Shown one piece after another: positions 23,201 to 38,200 of a DNA stretch of 64,000 bases. Source of the stretch: Tubulanus polymorphus (lineage: Eukaryota; Animalia; Nemertea). The translations under genes were made by a program, and so were the position numbers. Location of the stretch: NCBI RefSeq assembly GCF_964204645.1, contig NC_134029.1:16548950-16612949 (forward strand), read 5' to 3'. The notes below the pieces were generated by a model that saw nothing but the letters and a program-made list of their open reading frames with translations, did not search any database and had not been told where the DNA came from. Each line of letters begins with the position of its first letter. The first letter of the stretch is position 1.

Positions 23201-26200
23201 CGTTGAAAGATCTATAACAGCACTGATTTATTCTGCCCATACGTTCATATAAATGATATTGAGATTACATTGTGTCAAATCTGTACAACTATTGGATAGA
23301 ATCTAGTAAACAACCTGTACAGTACTGAAAAGGGATTATCACATGAATTATATGGATTGATATGATACAGCAACCATGAATGAAAACTACAACATAAATA
23401 CAACCATATACGCCGAATGATATATTCGCGACACTCCGGCCACAACAAAATAACTATGTACTATTACTTTCTCTATCTGAAATTATAAAGTTGTTCACAA
23501 ATTAACTATTTACAGAAATACCGATAAGTACCATTAACAGACGTCATCGGCAACGTCTTTATATACATTTCTGATTCTTTGCCGGGCTAAATCTGCTGCT
23601 TGACGAGTACTCAGATTACGAGGAATACTTGCCCTTCCAGTTACAGAAGGAGGGGCATCTTCGTCATTTTCAGTTGTCTGTAATTCTAAAGGATAAAGTT
23701 TTGACAAAGGGCGGTTTGTTACTCCGCTAGCAGTCCTCAACGAGCAGGACCGGACACGACCATCCTGTCCCCTGAACAATTCAACAATTACACCTAAACG
23801 CCAGCTGGTACGAGGACCCTCATCGTGTATCAAAACTACCGATCCCGTTTTAACTATTTCTCTGTTATCACCGACATTCCTATGAAATTCCCTAAGACCA
23901 GTTAGATATTCTGTACGCCAACGTTCCCAAAACTGACGTACTAACGACACAATAAAATTATATCTGTTACTTAGTGAACGGCTATTGACAACAAATTCCG
24001 GGTCATTAATATCAGCATCACCTATCGGTAGAGAGGTGATGCGCCTCCCGCACATTAAATGAGATGGAGTCAAAGGACCCAAATCGTTTATATCGCTCGA
24101 TATATACATCAGTGGACGATCATTCAAGATCGCCTCTATTTCTGTAACCACAGTTACGAATTCAACATAGGTCAAAAAAGAACGCCCTAGGATCTTTTTA
24201 ATGCAACCCTTTGTAATACCTACGAGTCGCTCCCAGAACCCTCCCTGCCAAGGAGCTCTCTTAGAAATGAATTTCCAGTCCACATTGTGCGAGGACAGAT
24301 AACGCCGAACTATCTCATTCTTGAAAATCTGCCGTAAATGTGTATTGGCACCAACGAACGTAGTGGCGTTGTCGCTCAACATCAACTTTGGCAGGGAGCG
24401 TCTGGAAACAAACCTCCTGAAAGCAGAAAGAAAGGTTTCACTTTTGTTATCCGAAACAACTTCAAGGTGAATTGCGCGACTAACCGCGCACGTAAATAGG
24501 GCTATACACACTTTCCCGCCACCTTTCAAAATCATAGGCCCTAAATAATCGACCCCAGTATAATAAAAGGATGGCACCTCCTCCACTCGGCAATGAGGTA
24601 AATGAGGGGGGTCGGGTAGACGGTATGGTTTACCCTGATATTTCCTACAGACGATACAACGACGCATAGCAGATTTAACATATTGTCTACACTGAGGTAT
24701 CCAATAAGTCTCTCTAATTTTGGCAATAGTGGCATCTGTACCCAAATGAGCCACGTTGAAGTGAGCGTCTCGTGTTACCAAATATGCGAATCTGCTTAAC
24801 TTCGGAATTAACATAGGATATTTACAATCGTAACTAAGAGGTGCGTTTTTCAAACGCCCTCTACACCTGATTATTCCATCCTTATCCAAATATAATTGTA
24901 GTTGATTCACTACCGAAAATTGTTTCTTATACGTACCAGATAACACCCGAATTATATCTTTACAATATAAATTCTGACAGCTCTTAACCCACAGGATCTT
25001 TGCGCGGTCTATCTCGCATGATGATAATTCATCAAAATGCCGTGAACTCGCTTTTGTTTTGAGGTTATGTACAAACCGTAATACGTATGCTGTAACCCGC
25101 AGAAGTCCTGTGAGGGAAGAGTATGTCTCTATATCTACTACCTTCCCAACATCATAGTCAGAAATAACTTCTGAAACATCAAAGGATACAGCATTAGATT
25201 CGACATGGTTGGTGTTTACGTACATGATATTTCCATCACACTTACTTACTACAGGACGATTGTTTTCATCGACCAGCCATGACGGTCCCTTAAACCAGAA
25301 GGTGCTACATTGATTAAGTGTTTCACAAGTCACACCACGTGTAATAAGATCTGCAGGGTTTTCTTCAGATGGACAAAAACCCCAACAACCAATATCAATT
25401 AAACGATTTATTTCTGACCTTCGATTTTCTACGAATTGGGATACCTTTTTACCCGACCGTCCTGCTAACCACCCTAAAACAATCTGACTATCGGACCAGG
25501 CGAAAATATTCAATGGCCGACATAACGCAGGTTCAAGTGACTTTGCAACGTGAGATACAAGACGTGCTCCTATCACTGCAGCGCACAATTCTAATTGAGG
25601 AATTGATAATTTCTTAATAGGTGCCACACGAGATTTGGACATCAAAAAGGCGGATTGATCAACGCAACGGATATATGTTACTGCCCCGAAAGCCCGTGAA
25701 CTACTGTCACAAAATACGTGAAGTTCTGGTTGGCCGGAAACCAACATGGCAGAATCAATTACTTGATGCGGAAATTCAAATGTAGACGCTTCTTGCATAT
25801 CTTTTACTATAGAACTCCATCTACTACAAAGTTCGCTGGACAGACTATCGTCCCAATCCACAGAAAGTTTCCAAATGTCTTGCATTAGAATTTTCGATTG
25901 AACTGTAATTGGTGTAAGAAAACCGAACGGATCATAGACACTGGAAATATTACTGAGAATCAATATACCGTTATCAAAAGAGATACAATTATCACAATAC
26001 CAGTCCAAATACGGATCAGTTTCTGGTGGTCTAATCCCAATTAATTCTAGATCCCAGAATTTCTTAATAGAGTTTTGCCCAATTTCATCCACTGAATCTG
26101 CGTTCACCTGCAAACAGTAAGCCGCTTGTGGACCGGAAACTAGGTAACCCAACTTTGTAGGCACAGCTATAGGACCAATTGACGAAACCACGAAGTCGTT

Positions 26201-29200
26201 CCCTAGTACAAACTGGTAATAAAAATCAACGCCTATCAAAATAGAAATGCTGAATGCATTTGAATAGAATTCACGAGAATGAGCTAGCTCTAAAGATTTA
26301 AACTCATCAATTTGATCAATTCCATGAACAGACATAGGTCTCGTAATAAAGGGTACCACGACTGCTTCTACCTGGACCTGAGTGTTATCGTTGCATATCA
26401 CGTCAACCCTAACTATATCTACTGTCTTGTTAAACCCAGTGGCAGCACCGAAACCCGACAAATCTAAATATTCCTGCTTATGAGGCTTCAAACATAATTT
26501 CTCAACCAATTCTTTTGTAATAAAAGATCGTTGCGAGCCATCGTCAAACAATAAATTTGAGCGGATCGATCCATTGTACGACGAGCACACCCGCGCTACC
26601 GCTGTTTTTAACAGAACTTTAGCCCCACCGCCGCTGTTTGTCATAAGAGAGCGTTGTTTGAATTTTGGTTTATCAGCCTTGGAATTCAACGCAGGAAAAT
26701 CGTTGACAGGCATTGCGGAAGGATTATCGTTGACATTGTCACTCTTGGAAGAAGCATCGTTAGAAAAAGTTGTTTTACTTCTGTCAGTGTTATTTTGATT
26801 CTGACTCTGACGGTACTGAAACATGGACGCACCACATAAACTAGTATGGTGTCGACATTGGCAAATTCTACAACGAAAGCTAGACCTACAACTGTTAGAA
26901 CGGTGCTTCCCCAGGCAGTTAAAACACAAACGTGATTTAAACACAATTCCTAATCTAGCATCAGGCTGCTTGACGACAGTGCAGTCGTTGTTCCGATGTT
27001 CTCCTTTGCAGAAAAGACACTCTAACTTCCTCGCTTGTACCTGTAGAGTAGTAGTGAAATTTGAATTCAAATCTGATGAATCTTGGCAGGTTTCGAGGAT
27101 TTCTACTTCACGTAATAAAGCAGCTCTTAACTCAAAGAGATTCCATTTACCATTACCGTGATCCCGGCTGATGTTGTAAATTATTTCTTTCGGAAGTTTA
27201 TTTCGAATTATTTGCACTAACAATGTTCCGTAAGAATTAGTTTCGATACCCAGAGCTTCAAGGCTCCGTATCTTCTGCTCAATCGTCTCATAAAACGTGC
27301 GAAGCGAACGTAAATCGTAATACGGTGCTTCGAGGTTAATCAACGCATCTAAGTAGGCCTCACTGATCCTATGTGGTCGACCGAATCTAGCTACAAGCAT
27401 CGACTTAGCGGAATTATAATTCTCTGATGTCAACGAAAGACCTTCAATAACTGTCGACGCATCTTTAATCAACAAACATTTAAGGTGATTAAATTTTTCG
27501 ATTTCACTTAGTTTTGTTTGTTTGTCCACAGCCGAAATAAACAAATCCCAAAAGGATTGCCAATGCAATATATCGCCATCAAATTTTGGTATTTGAAGTT
27601 TCGGTAACGATAAACTGCTAGTAGAAGTAAATGATGCTGAAGCGGTTTCGGAAGGAACGAATCGAGATTGAATTGATAGTTCATTTAATGCGAGCTCCAT
27701 CTCCGTAAGTTTCATATGATGACTATTTATAATGTCATCTGACTGGACGATTAAATTCTCGTAGGCTGAACCCGCGAGACCACACTTTGCATATATTTCA
27801 AGGTCAAGTTGCTCCAATTGAGATAATTTCTTTTTAAGAGTAGCTAAAACACACGTACCCTGAACAGCCTGGTTATCTTTGATGTGGTTCTCGCACTGGA
27901 TTCTTAGTTTTGTGAACTGTCCGCGCTGAATCCGTCTCATCTCTTTCTCCTCGGTGGCCATGATTTAGTTGACTTCAGCACTCCAGACGTCGTGATTAAT
28001 GCTGTACCGCAAGTAGATATCACCCAACCGGCTTGTTGGAGTTTCGAGTTTTCACCGTCGAGTTGAAGTTTCTCGTCGAAATTATCGTCGTCGAAATCAC
28101 CGCAAAACAACCAATAATACTTTGTTTGCAACCGAAAACAAATCCCGCTGCTCGAGGGACCAAAATGTCCATACTATCGAGGACTCCAAAGAATTCCCTA
28201 GGTCCGAGAGAAACGACTACGAACGACGAGACTTCCTTATCGTTGAAAGATCTATAACAGCACTGATTTATTCTGCCCATACGTTCATATAAATGATATT
28301 GAGATTACATTGTGTCAAATCTGTACAACTATTGGATAGAATCTAGTAAACAACCTGTACAGTACTGAAAAGGGATTATCACATGAATTATATGGATTGA
28401 TATGATACAACAACCATGAATGAAAACTACAACATAAATACAACCATATACGCCGAATGATATATTCGCGACACATGTTGGAAAACATCAGTCTTAAACA
28501 AAATCGCATTAATGAGGTTTAACAATACAAATAGCGTAGGCTAAATCATTCGGCAGAAAAATGAAATTCATTCAATTCTTAAATCTGTGGTTCTCCCAAT
28601 CAATATCGCCATAGAACATTTTCCGGCAGATGTAATGCATTAACCACTTAATACTTAACCACAGTATAATCTACCAATGCTTCAAGGCCCATGGGCCTCT
28701 TGTTTTGTTTCAAAATGCCCTTTTTAGCCCAGTTGGGACTTAAGTCCCAGCGGGCTATTGCATTCGCTTTTCGTCCATCGTCTGTCCGTTCGTACATTCG
28801 TACGTCATAGCGTCCTTCCGTCCGTAGACGGAATCCAGTTATTTTGGGAAGTTTTGAAGACGCTTCAAGGTAATGTCTTGATATTTGGTTTATACATGTA
28901 TCTACCCTAGACACATCTTCAGCCCAAAAACTGGCCCTGTCAGAATAAAGATGGCCGACTGGCAGCCATTGTTGTTCGCCAAAATCAGCACTTTTTATAC
29001 GTTTTTGAACTTTTTTGAGGAAAATTTTGAAGACGCCTTGATCAATTACCTTGATCTTTCGTATATATTTGAACCCCCCAGGGCCCATCAGCATAACAAA
29101 AATTGGGTCGATCGGCCTCAAGATGGTCGTCCTAGGACCTTTTAAATGCCCAAAAATGTTAATTTTGGCCCGAATTCTGAGTCCTGTAGCTTCCTACTGG

Positions 29201-32200
29201 TTTGCCATTTCTCATTGCATTTGCTGATAGATATTCTTTGGAAAGGCATGTTTTATACCTGAGACAGGTATTTTTGATCAGCCAATTATGACGCAATTTG
29301 CGGCCATCTTGGTGTCATTAGTACTCATTCGTAGGTGGGAAAAAGTTTTTCGACATTGTATTGATACTTAAGCATATTTTGTTACAACAATAAATTAGAA
29401 AGTTGTAGCTTATAACGTGTTCTATGATTGTGGTGAGTTTCTTGTTCATTGGTTTTTGAATATGGCCACCAGGGGCATTGAATAATACAATATCTTAGTA
29501 TTTCTATATTATATTTGTACTAATACATATTTTGTTCCCACAATCAATTGCAAAGTTGTAGCTCATGACATCGTCTATGATTGTAGTGAGTTTTAAGAAA
29601 ATTAGTTATTCTATATGGTCACCAGGGGGTGTTGAATAGTAGAATAACCAAGTATTTCCTTATTATATTGGTACCTAGGCATATTTTGTTACCATGATCG
29701 ATTGCAAAGTTGTAGTTCATGACAAGTTCTATGATTGTGGTGAGTTACAAGGTTATTGGGTTTTGAATAGTTGAATAACATAGTATTTCCATATTAAATT
29801 GGTAACGAGGCATATTTTGTTATCACAATCAATTACAAAATCGTAGCTGCTGACATGTTTTATGATTGTGGTGAGTTTCAAGGTCATTGGTTTTTGTATA
29901 TGGTTACTAGGGAGCATTGAATATTGACATTGATTGTTGAGCATTTGAAACCACTTCCCAAGTGGGCCCCTAGTTATAAGTTGTGCTAACCTCGACAGTG
30001 GTCCCTGGATCCGCTCCTGCATAACTTACTTATATGGGATCAGCAATATGTGAAGTGGGTCTCTAACTTGAGTATATGAGTATAGTATTTGCATTATTCT
30101 TGCTGCCTTTCCTTAACTTAATCAATTTCAAAAGCTTATTGAACTATTGTATAAGTGATGCAGTTTTATCCACAGTAGAACTCACATTTAACATGGTTGA
30201 ATGGGACCTGCAATATGTGAAGTCTGTTACATGCATATAAAACTTCTTACAAAATCCAAGCTATGATTACTCTCCAGTATCGAGCTAGGTGGTGAAGGCA
30301 TAGAATGTCACTGTTTTACCAGTATGCAAACGGACCATACGGCAAAATATGGTTGACAAAGATATCGAATGTCTTTTCTTGATTATAATTATTTTAGATA
30401 TTTATATTTCCTGCTGTTAGGGTGTATGAATATTTTCTGTGAATTTAACGATACTTTCATTGAAGATGCTCCTCTCCATCTGGGCACAAGATAAGTGCTT
30501 GATTTAAAAAGTTTAAATGTTGAAACTTTAGGATATCCCTTAAAATTGTTGGCTGTCCTGGAAAATGGGGATTTCTGTCCGTCAAAACAATTTTCGGGAT
30601 ATAGGATTATGAATAATTTGATACTCGAAAGAGGTCAGTAGTTATCAAAAACTCCTAGGCCAAACTGTTTCAATAATGTTTTTGTTACCTGTTTCATCTA
30701 GAGGTCCATCATGGGATACATTGATCGGAGGTAAAGCAGGATGTACAGTTAAAGATTTGATGAAAGAGTTATATGAAAAAGCTGGACATTTAAAACAGTG
30801 GTGGTTAGTACGTCATACTGCTGGTATGTTACATAAACGAGTCGAAGATTTAGCAAAGGTAAATTATTTTCAACATTCTCAGAAGTTCTTACTTAAGTAC
30901 AGAGATTTCTTATCGTTTATCACTCAAAGATTAAAACACATTTTCTATTGGAGACATGTCTCATTTATGAATTTAACTGCTTGGTTGATCCAGGTAATAT
31001 GACATGTATAAACTATGAGACATCTGCAACAAAATCTATGGACATTACTGTTAAAGTTGGGCCCTTTTTACCTCCCTGCACCCCTCCCCTATGGAAATCC
31101 TATAGCCACCCCTGTTAATCATTGAATTTATTGCCCTCGAAACCCTCTAGAATGCATGTAAAACACCCAAGATTATTCAGAATCTTTTTAACAATCTTAT
31201 ATTCTCTTGTAGTTCATGTTATTTCCTCTCATATTGAATTTTATGATTTCCATGAACAAAGTTGTTCGGAATTGACTTCCGAGTTTGGAAAAATATAAAG
31301 AATATGGGGAAGCCCTCAGACCCCTCCTGGGCTACCATATTGACTATACATAGTGTACTGGTAGTGTTCTTTTTGGACTATTGGAGAGCTCTATGCTCTC
31401 TACCAGCAGACCTTGGAGAGCCCAAAAATAAGCCCTCTGATTGTGGTGTCCATGGGCCACTAGAATATTGCCAAGATTGGTCAAAACTTTCATAAAAGCG
31501 CCTCATTCTCATTATCGTGTGCTCAACAAAGATTGATGATCTAGCCTTATGATAATTGGTTTATTTTAGGCGGTGACAGATCTGATTGTCCGTCAGAAAC
31601 AGGTAACTGTAGGTTTACCTCCCGAGCCGAGAGAAAAAGTGATCCTGAGGTTTGTATTATCGATAACACTTAAATCAGTCTATAGGTCAATGGCTTTGTG
31701 AAGTAACTGTTTTCTTATTGTGATAATAGACCTCTACCACCGGATGAGTTGGCAACTATAATTCATGATGCATGCGGGGAGGACTGTAGTACTGCAATGT
31801 TCACACAAGAATTGCTGGTTTATCTTGCAATGTTCATTAGAACTGAACCAAATCTGTTCAATGAAATGTTAAGATTAAGAGTTGGTTTGATTATACAAGT
31901 GATGGCCTGTGAATTGGCACGTACCCTCAAGTGTTCAGGTACTGTATACAATTGTAACATCAACAGTGTTCTTGCTGAGGGGCTTTAGCACGGTGGCTCC
32001 TCCATGCAAATAAAAGATAAGTCAAGTAATTCCGTCGAGTACTGTACCCTTTCCTATGCTTTTTGCCACTATTTTCTAAATTTTCATTGATCGTCAATTG
32101 TTTTTCTATATGACCCGGCCCTGCCGTATTGCATTAAGCCACCGGCGAAATCCACTTTCTTTTTTCTTGGCGTTCTTGTATATGAACGCGTTAGATTTTT

Positions 32201-35200
32201 TCGCCAAAATATCAAAGGGATTAGGAAGGGAGTTATCACTCTCGTAACGGTGAGTCCGTTCGGTTTGGGGGCTATCCCTTGTTTCTTTTTTCCCGAAATA
32301 ATTCTACTAAGTGAATTTAATTTAATTCATTATTGTGACCGATTAATTGAATAATTATGCCGCCCCTCCTAAAGGTCAGCATCGTGGCAGTGAGGGATGT
32401 GGACATTTATTTTGTGCCTGGGATGACCACGGTTCGTGTGCGTCGTGCAGGCGTAAATCTGGCCAAATCTATTCTAGGAGTAATCCTTGCAAGATTTGCG
32501 AGGTTTGGTCCCAGGACCTTTGGATTCGGGCCGATAAGGCTCGGAAGCTGAGAGATCGTCATCGAGTTAAAAGTAGGGATTCGTCGGTTGACGTGCCAAC
32601 CGACGTCTCTAATTCTATTTCAAATCGTACAGCGGAGCGGTCGCCGATCGTACTTGCACGGTCGGTTTCCCAACTCCATTCACCGGGGAGGAACGCGAGT
32701 TCACCGGCACCGGTTTCCGGTCATTCACCGGTTCAGCCTATATGTTCTGAACCGAGCGCGCGCGGCGGTAGTCGAGATACCGGCACCGGTTCGGTACCAG
32801 TCCGGTCCGGTTCGGGCACCGGTCCGGTCTAGACGTCACCCGGTCCTAAACTTCTGGTTCATACATTGTCTGATTCTGACATTTCGAATCATAGTCATCG
32901 TCGCTCCGGGGATAGAGCCGGCGGCGCAAGGTTGGGGATGGACGCAAACAGGACCAACTCAAACTTCAGCGCTTTCTCAGGCGGCTACGGATAGGGCTCT
33001 TCCTTTCGGAAAAACTCGAAATGAATTCTCGGGACGACCTTTTCGGAGACGGTTGGCCCTGCCGGGTCGTCTCTCGTGGCTACCGTCTCCGTTTCCTAAG
33101 GCGACCGCGCCTGACGAGGTCACCTCCCGACATGCGGCCAAAACCAGATCAGGAGGCCTTAATCTCTCTGGCTCTCAAGGAATTGGCCGAGAAGGGAGCG
33201 ATAGAACCAGTTTGCAACGAAACTTCTCCCGGCTGGTTTTCTCGAATATTCATGGTACCAAAGGTCACAGGGGGTCAACGGACAGTGATAGATCTGTCAT
33301 CCCTCAATCGGCACCTAGACATTCCAAGGTTCCGGATGACCAAACCCAAGGACGTGATTCAAGGGCTCCGTCCAGGTCAATGGGCGGCTTCATTGGACCT
33401 GAAAGATGCTTACTTTCAGGTTCCAATTCACCCAAAATCTCGGCGATTTCTCAGGATAAAGTGGAGAGGCCGCCAGTTCCAATTCAGGTCTCTTCCATTT
33501 GGCCTCAGTACGGCCCCGTGGGTTTTCACCAAGTTGGTCAAGTCCGTTCAGAAGGTACTTCAGTCAAGGGGTGTTCGACTGTTCGTTTATCTCGACGACT
33601 GGTTAATAGTCGGGAACTCGGCTCAAGAATGTCGGGTGGCAATGACCTCAGTCTTCTGGTCTCAGTCGAAGGGCAACTGGGAGACCTTGATTCCCGTACC
33701 TCCAACCGATCTAAGTCCAGATCTTCATTGGTGGGCGACAACTACGAATCTTCGGCGCTGGGTGTCACTAGCCCCGTTAGAGGCTCCAGTTCGTGTATTC
33801 ACGGATCCCAGTCACCAAGGGTGGGGGGCACATCTGGAGAACCGAGTCAAAGCCGGGAGGTGGTCTCGCTACGAGGCCACCAACCACATAAATTTCCTGG
33901 AAATGCTGGCCGTGTGGAAGGCCCTGAAGTTCTTTCACAGGAGAGTGGAGGGCCACCACGTTTGGGGCTTACCTTCAGAATCAAGGGGGCACTCACTCAG
34001 AAATCCTCACGGATCTGTCAGCCAAAATTCTTCTTTGGTGCCAGACAAAGGGCGTTTCCCTGACTGTGGCGCATTTAGCAGGGAAAAGGAACGTGATGGC
34101 CGATGCACTTTCTCGTCGAGGTCAGGCTATTGCGACAGAATGGGTTCTCCAACAAGAAGTAGCCAATCGGGTTCGAGACATGTTTGGCAATCCGCTGCTG
34201 GATCTGTTTGCCACCCGGTTCAATCGGAGGTGTCCTCTGTTTGTTTCCCCGTTTCCAGATGCGGAAGCATGGGGGGGTCGATGCCTTCTCTCTGGACTGG
34301 TGGGGGATGCATGCGTATGCGTATGCCTGAAGGGTGATATTTCTCGGGACACAGTGGCCCGATGGGTCTCTTCACTGATCAAGGACATTTTATTGAAGGA
34401 GAATCTTTCCTTGGAGGGAGTTGTTTCTCATCAAGTGAGGTCTATGGCTACTTCCTGCGCAGCCTTTTCAGGTGCTCCGTTGGAAGAAGTCTGTAGGTCC
34501 ACCTTTCGGAATTCTCCATCGACATTCACGTCATTTTATTTACAGGACGTTTCAGGCCAGTTAAGCTCATTAGCGTCACTCGGTCCTGTTGTTATGGCTC
34601 ACGGTGTCTGTTCTTTCGGATCGGACTCTTTAGCGTAGAATTTTTATGTTTGCATTATCAGGATCACAAGGGGTGTATCCATGTACATAGTTTGAGCTCA
34701 TATTCGCAAGTATTAATTTTGCAAAATTTGGGGGGGCTTGAGCTGGACGGACTCACTGTGGCCAACCGGTCTTCCCTGTGCTACAGTACTCCATTCCATG
34801 GTTGGGTAAGTGATCTCTTTTTTCCCTCTTACCTTGCGTTTGAGTGGTGGTTTTTCTATCTACCTTTCCCACCATTGGCGATCAATCCAAAGTTAGAAAA
34901 TATTGGCAAAAACCATAGGAAAGGGTAAGTACTACTCGGAAATACAAATTTTAGTTCCAAAAATTGTAATTTTTAAAAATTCATGTTGAAAAAAATTGTT
35001 GGGGGTTTATTTACTTATCAGGGATTATGTATACTGGGTCAATAAGTTAGCGAACCAGCAGCCTGAATTTTTCAAGTTTCCCATTTGAATGCCTAAATTG
35101 TGCAGTTTGGAGACAACTTATATTACAATTACTTTTCAAAGGCACTAAAATATTTTGCTAAAATGAGATTAACGAATTTGAATGAATGAATGCTTTCCGA

Positions 35201-38200
35201 GCTTTATTGACAAAATTGAATTATATAAATCGATATAAGAACATAGAACTATTTAATTCACCTAGGCCTACCAATCTTCGACAGAAAAATGCTTCAAGCA
35301 AATTGCCAACGATTGCTATCTAGGCAAGGGCGATAGAAATTACCAGACTTACTTCAACTCTTTGACTATTAGCCCTAAATACTGGGACGGATTCTAAACA
35401 CATCTATTTATGAATATAAAATCCATCATCCCGTCATTTTCTGAGGGACACCATGCTTTATTTTCAATCCAGTGAGAACACTGTATCAACTGGTATCGTT
35501 CAATTCAAAACCTTGAAGAATTCCAATATCAATATATGATATATCATTTGAAATTCATCAATAAGCAATTAGTATATTGCATCAAGTGAAATTTTGAACA
35601 TTGTTATAATTCAGGGGTAGGGTCCAGTCAAGAAGACTTAAGCTTTGATACATTAATCTAGATTAGTCTGATTATCGGACCATAAGTTAGGCATAGTTGA
35701 GAACAAAACTTGGGTTGATCATAATGAGAACTGAACTTTGAAATACAAGCTTCATTATTTTTGGTTTATCTATGCCATTGCTTTTGAGTTAGATTTTATG
35801 CTGCCTCACTATTATTAATTGAAATATAAGTCATTTTATGAATGAAAATATTCTTGAAAATTGTTGGCTTTCTTAAATCCGTTGAAAAAAACATGTGTGT
35901 GAATATGCCATTACAATAATACAATATTTATTTGCAACACCAAACAGGCGAACCTATACTGTGTAGGATATAAAAAACTTCATTTAGCAGTTTCATGTGG
36001 CCCACTATTTTCTTTTCTTTTTGAGTTATATTTTGAACTTAATTGCTCAACTGTCTATTTCATAAGGCAGTTTTTAATCACTTGGCCCATGGGCAATTAA
36101 ACATTCCTTGGAGTCCCATAATTATGCTTTCACTACTGTTATTTAATCTAGGTGAAGAAGCCTCTGAACACTTGTTGAATTTGAGTCCGTATGAAACAAA
36201 AACATTATTACATCATATTCTCAGTGGAAAGGAGTTCGGCATCCAGTCAGGTTTGTCTCTCTTAATTAGATATTATACATTTTTTCGAATTTGAATAAAA
36301 GAAATAAAATGCTAGGATCTAGTTTTAAGATTGAGGGTTTTAATGACGATTGAGGCTTGTTGGGCTGTGAAGTTCGTGTATATGTGGTATATTTTATGTG
36401 AACACAGTGAAATGTAGAATAACTGGACAGAGAAGACTTTCAATACAATCAGAAATAGAAACTCAAATCAGTGACAGATCGTATAAAACTTTCCGGAATT
36501 CTGTTGTCAAGGTTTGATTCATTATATCATTCTTCTCTTACAAAATCACTTCATTGTGCATCAGCTGGTTCCATGTGCTGATATGTGTGGACAGTTGCAA
36601 TATACAGTACCAGGTACATTTGATTGTCTGAAGATGCAATAGGCTACATGCTTGTACATTGGACAAACGAAAAAAATGCCACCGGACGAAACGCCACCGG
36701 AAAAAATGCCACCAAATTTTGCAACAGGAAAAATGCCACTTTTTGTATAGTGGAAAAAAATGTCGCCAGGAAAAAATACAGTCATCTACATACATAGATA
36801 ACATAGATAAGTTGACTGCATTAATCATCAGTTACTTGTACATTCTACGTCACATGCAAGTACACACGTGGATACAGTGATGCATGAAGTGATGTTGAAC
36901 CAAAATTTGAAATGAAATCATTTGATCACAAACAGGTTGCATGCACCCTTACTCCTCTCCTTTTGAAATTGAACCAGATGAAAATATATTAAATCAAACT
37001 TTCGAAAACTTTATTACGCAATAAGATAATCAAATCGGAATCCCAAGTTTGTTTGTGAATCAAATGGTTTAGTGTAATGTTTTCAGAGAAACTAAATATT
37101 CACCTCAGGAATTTAGTTCCATCTGAAACATGCTGATTGCTGTCACTTACACTAGGTGGCAGTAGTGTATGAATAATTCTAATGTATACATCTATTTCTC
37201 TCTGGTTCGGTTCAGTTTCCAATCGATCGCAGGTTGGAGAACTAATTACTGATTATGATAGAAATACAAAGAAACGTCGGGTGTCGGTGAGTGCAACCCC
37301 ATTGCTCTGTTAATCTATCTAACCTTTTTCTCTATGTCTTACTCAACCTGACTGTCTAACATTATAGATATTTTTGATATAGTACTTAGTTTTGTCGAGC
37401 TTTATTTCTGCATGAATCACAATGATTTCTAAGGAGATTTAACTGATATGATTGGTGTCACAATTCAAATTAGCTTTCAGCGTACTAGCTTCCTATGGTT
37501 AGAGTTTTGAATTAAGTCAGTGTCATCATGTTAACAGAGTTGCCACTACAGCCAATGAAAAACACTGAATTTTTTTTAACCCATTAGCACTCTGGAGTTT
37601 CACTATGTGGTGTCAATTAATTCCTTAGAAAATTCAAGGAAAAATCCAAGTTTATCACGGTATCTAATAGCTCATTTGCTGTTTATTTTCATGCGTTACA
37701 AGTTCGTGTTATTTTGTTGTTAATAGTCAAGTCTTACATATGATATAAGATTTGATAAGGTCGGCTACCAAACTCGTGTCCTTTTGGCCCCCTCCCCTCG
37801 AATTTCATCCAAACATACTTGGATTTGAAGTTAGCGCTCAGATCTGTCATATTCTTACTCCAGATACTTGAGAATTTCAAATATGAAGATGCTGATTTCT
37901 GTATGGTATTTTGGAAGACTTGGGTGTCTAGTTTATCATACGCTATCGGTTTCGAATCCTTCTATAACCGTTTTTGTGTAGCATAAGAAAAATGGGCGGA
38001 TACGGGCGGTTTGACTGAGTGCTAATGGGTTAAACAACAAAGTGAAGCCACAACAGGGGTTTGGGGAAAATCTTCTAATTTGAAGCCCTATCAGAGCATC
38101 TGAGGCTATGAAATAGCTATGCTGAATCATGCTGAAATTCACACATGAAAAACTGTGAACATGTAAAATCAATAAACTATATACATGTACCTTGGAGTAA

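Larger units (their letters stand above)
21490..28702 (+). mobile_element. HINE-like family B copy, interrupted by the BEL element and carrying a SINE
   Basis: SubTIR AGCATTGGT / ACCAATGCT and 3' hairpin AAGGCCCATGGGCCTCTT; collinear with the inverted copy at 60175-62808. Confidence 0.7.

Noticed and set aside
28648-29121. 157-aa ORF and similar ORFs at 15143, 28885, 44298 and 44515
   Set aside because: Chance ORFs inside non-coding HINE family A copies, with frames not conserved between copies.
32588-34063. 491-aa ORF overlapping the DIRS RT as a possible novel gene
   Set aside because: It is a low-complexity alternative frame; long overlapping frames are typical of DIRS elements.
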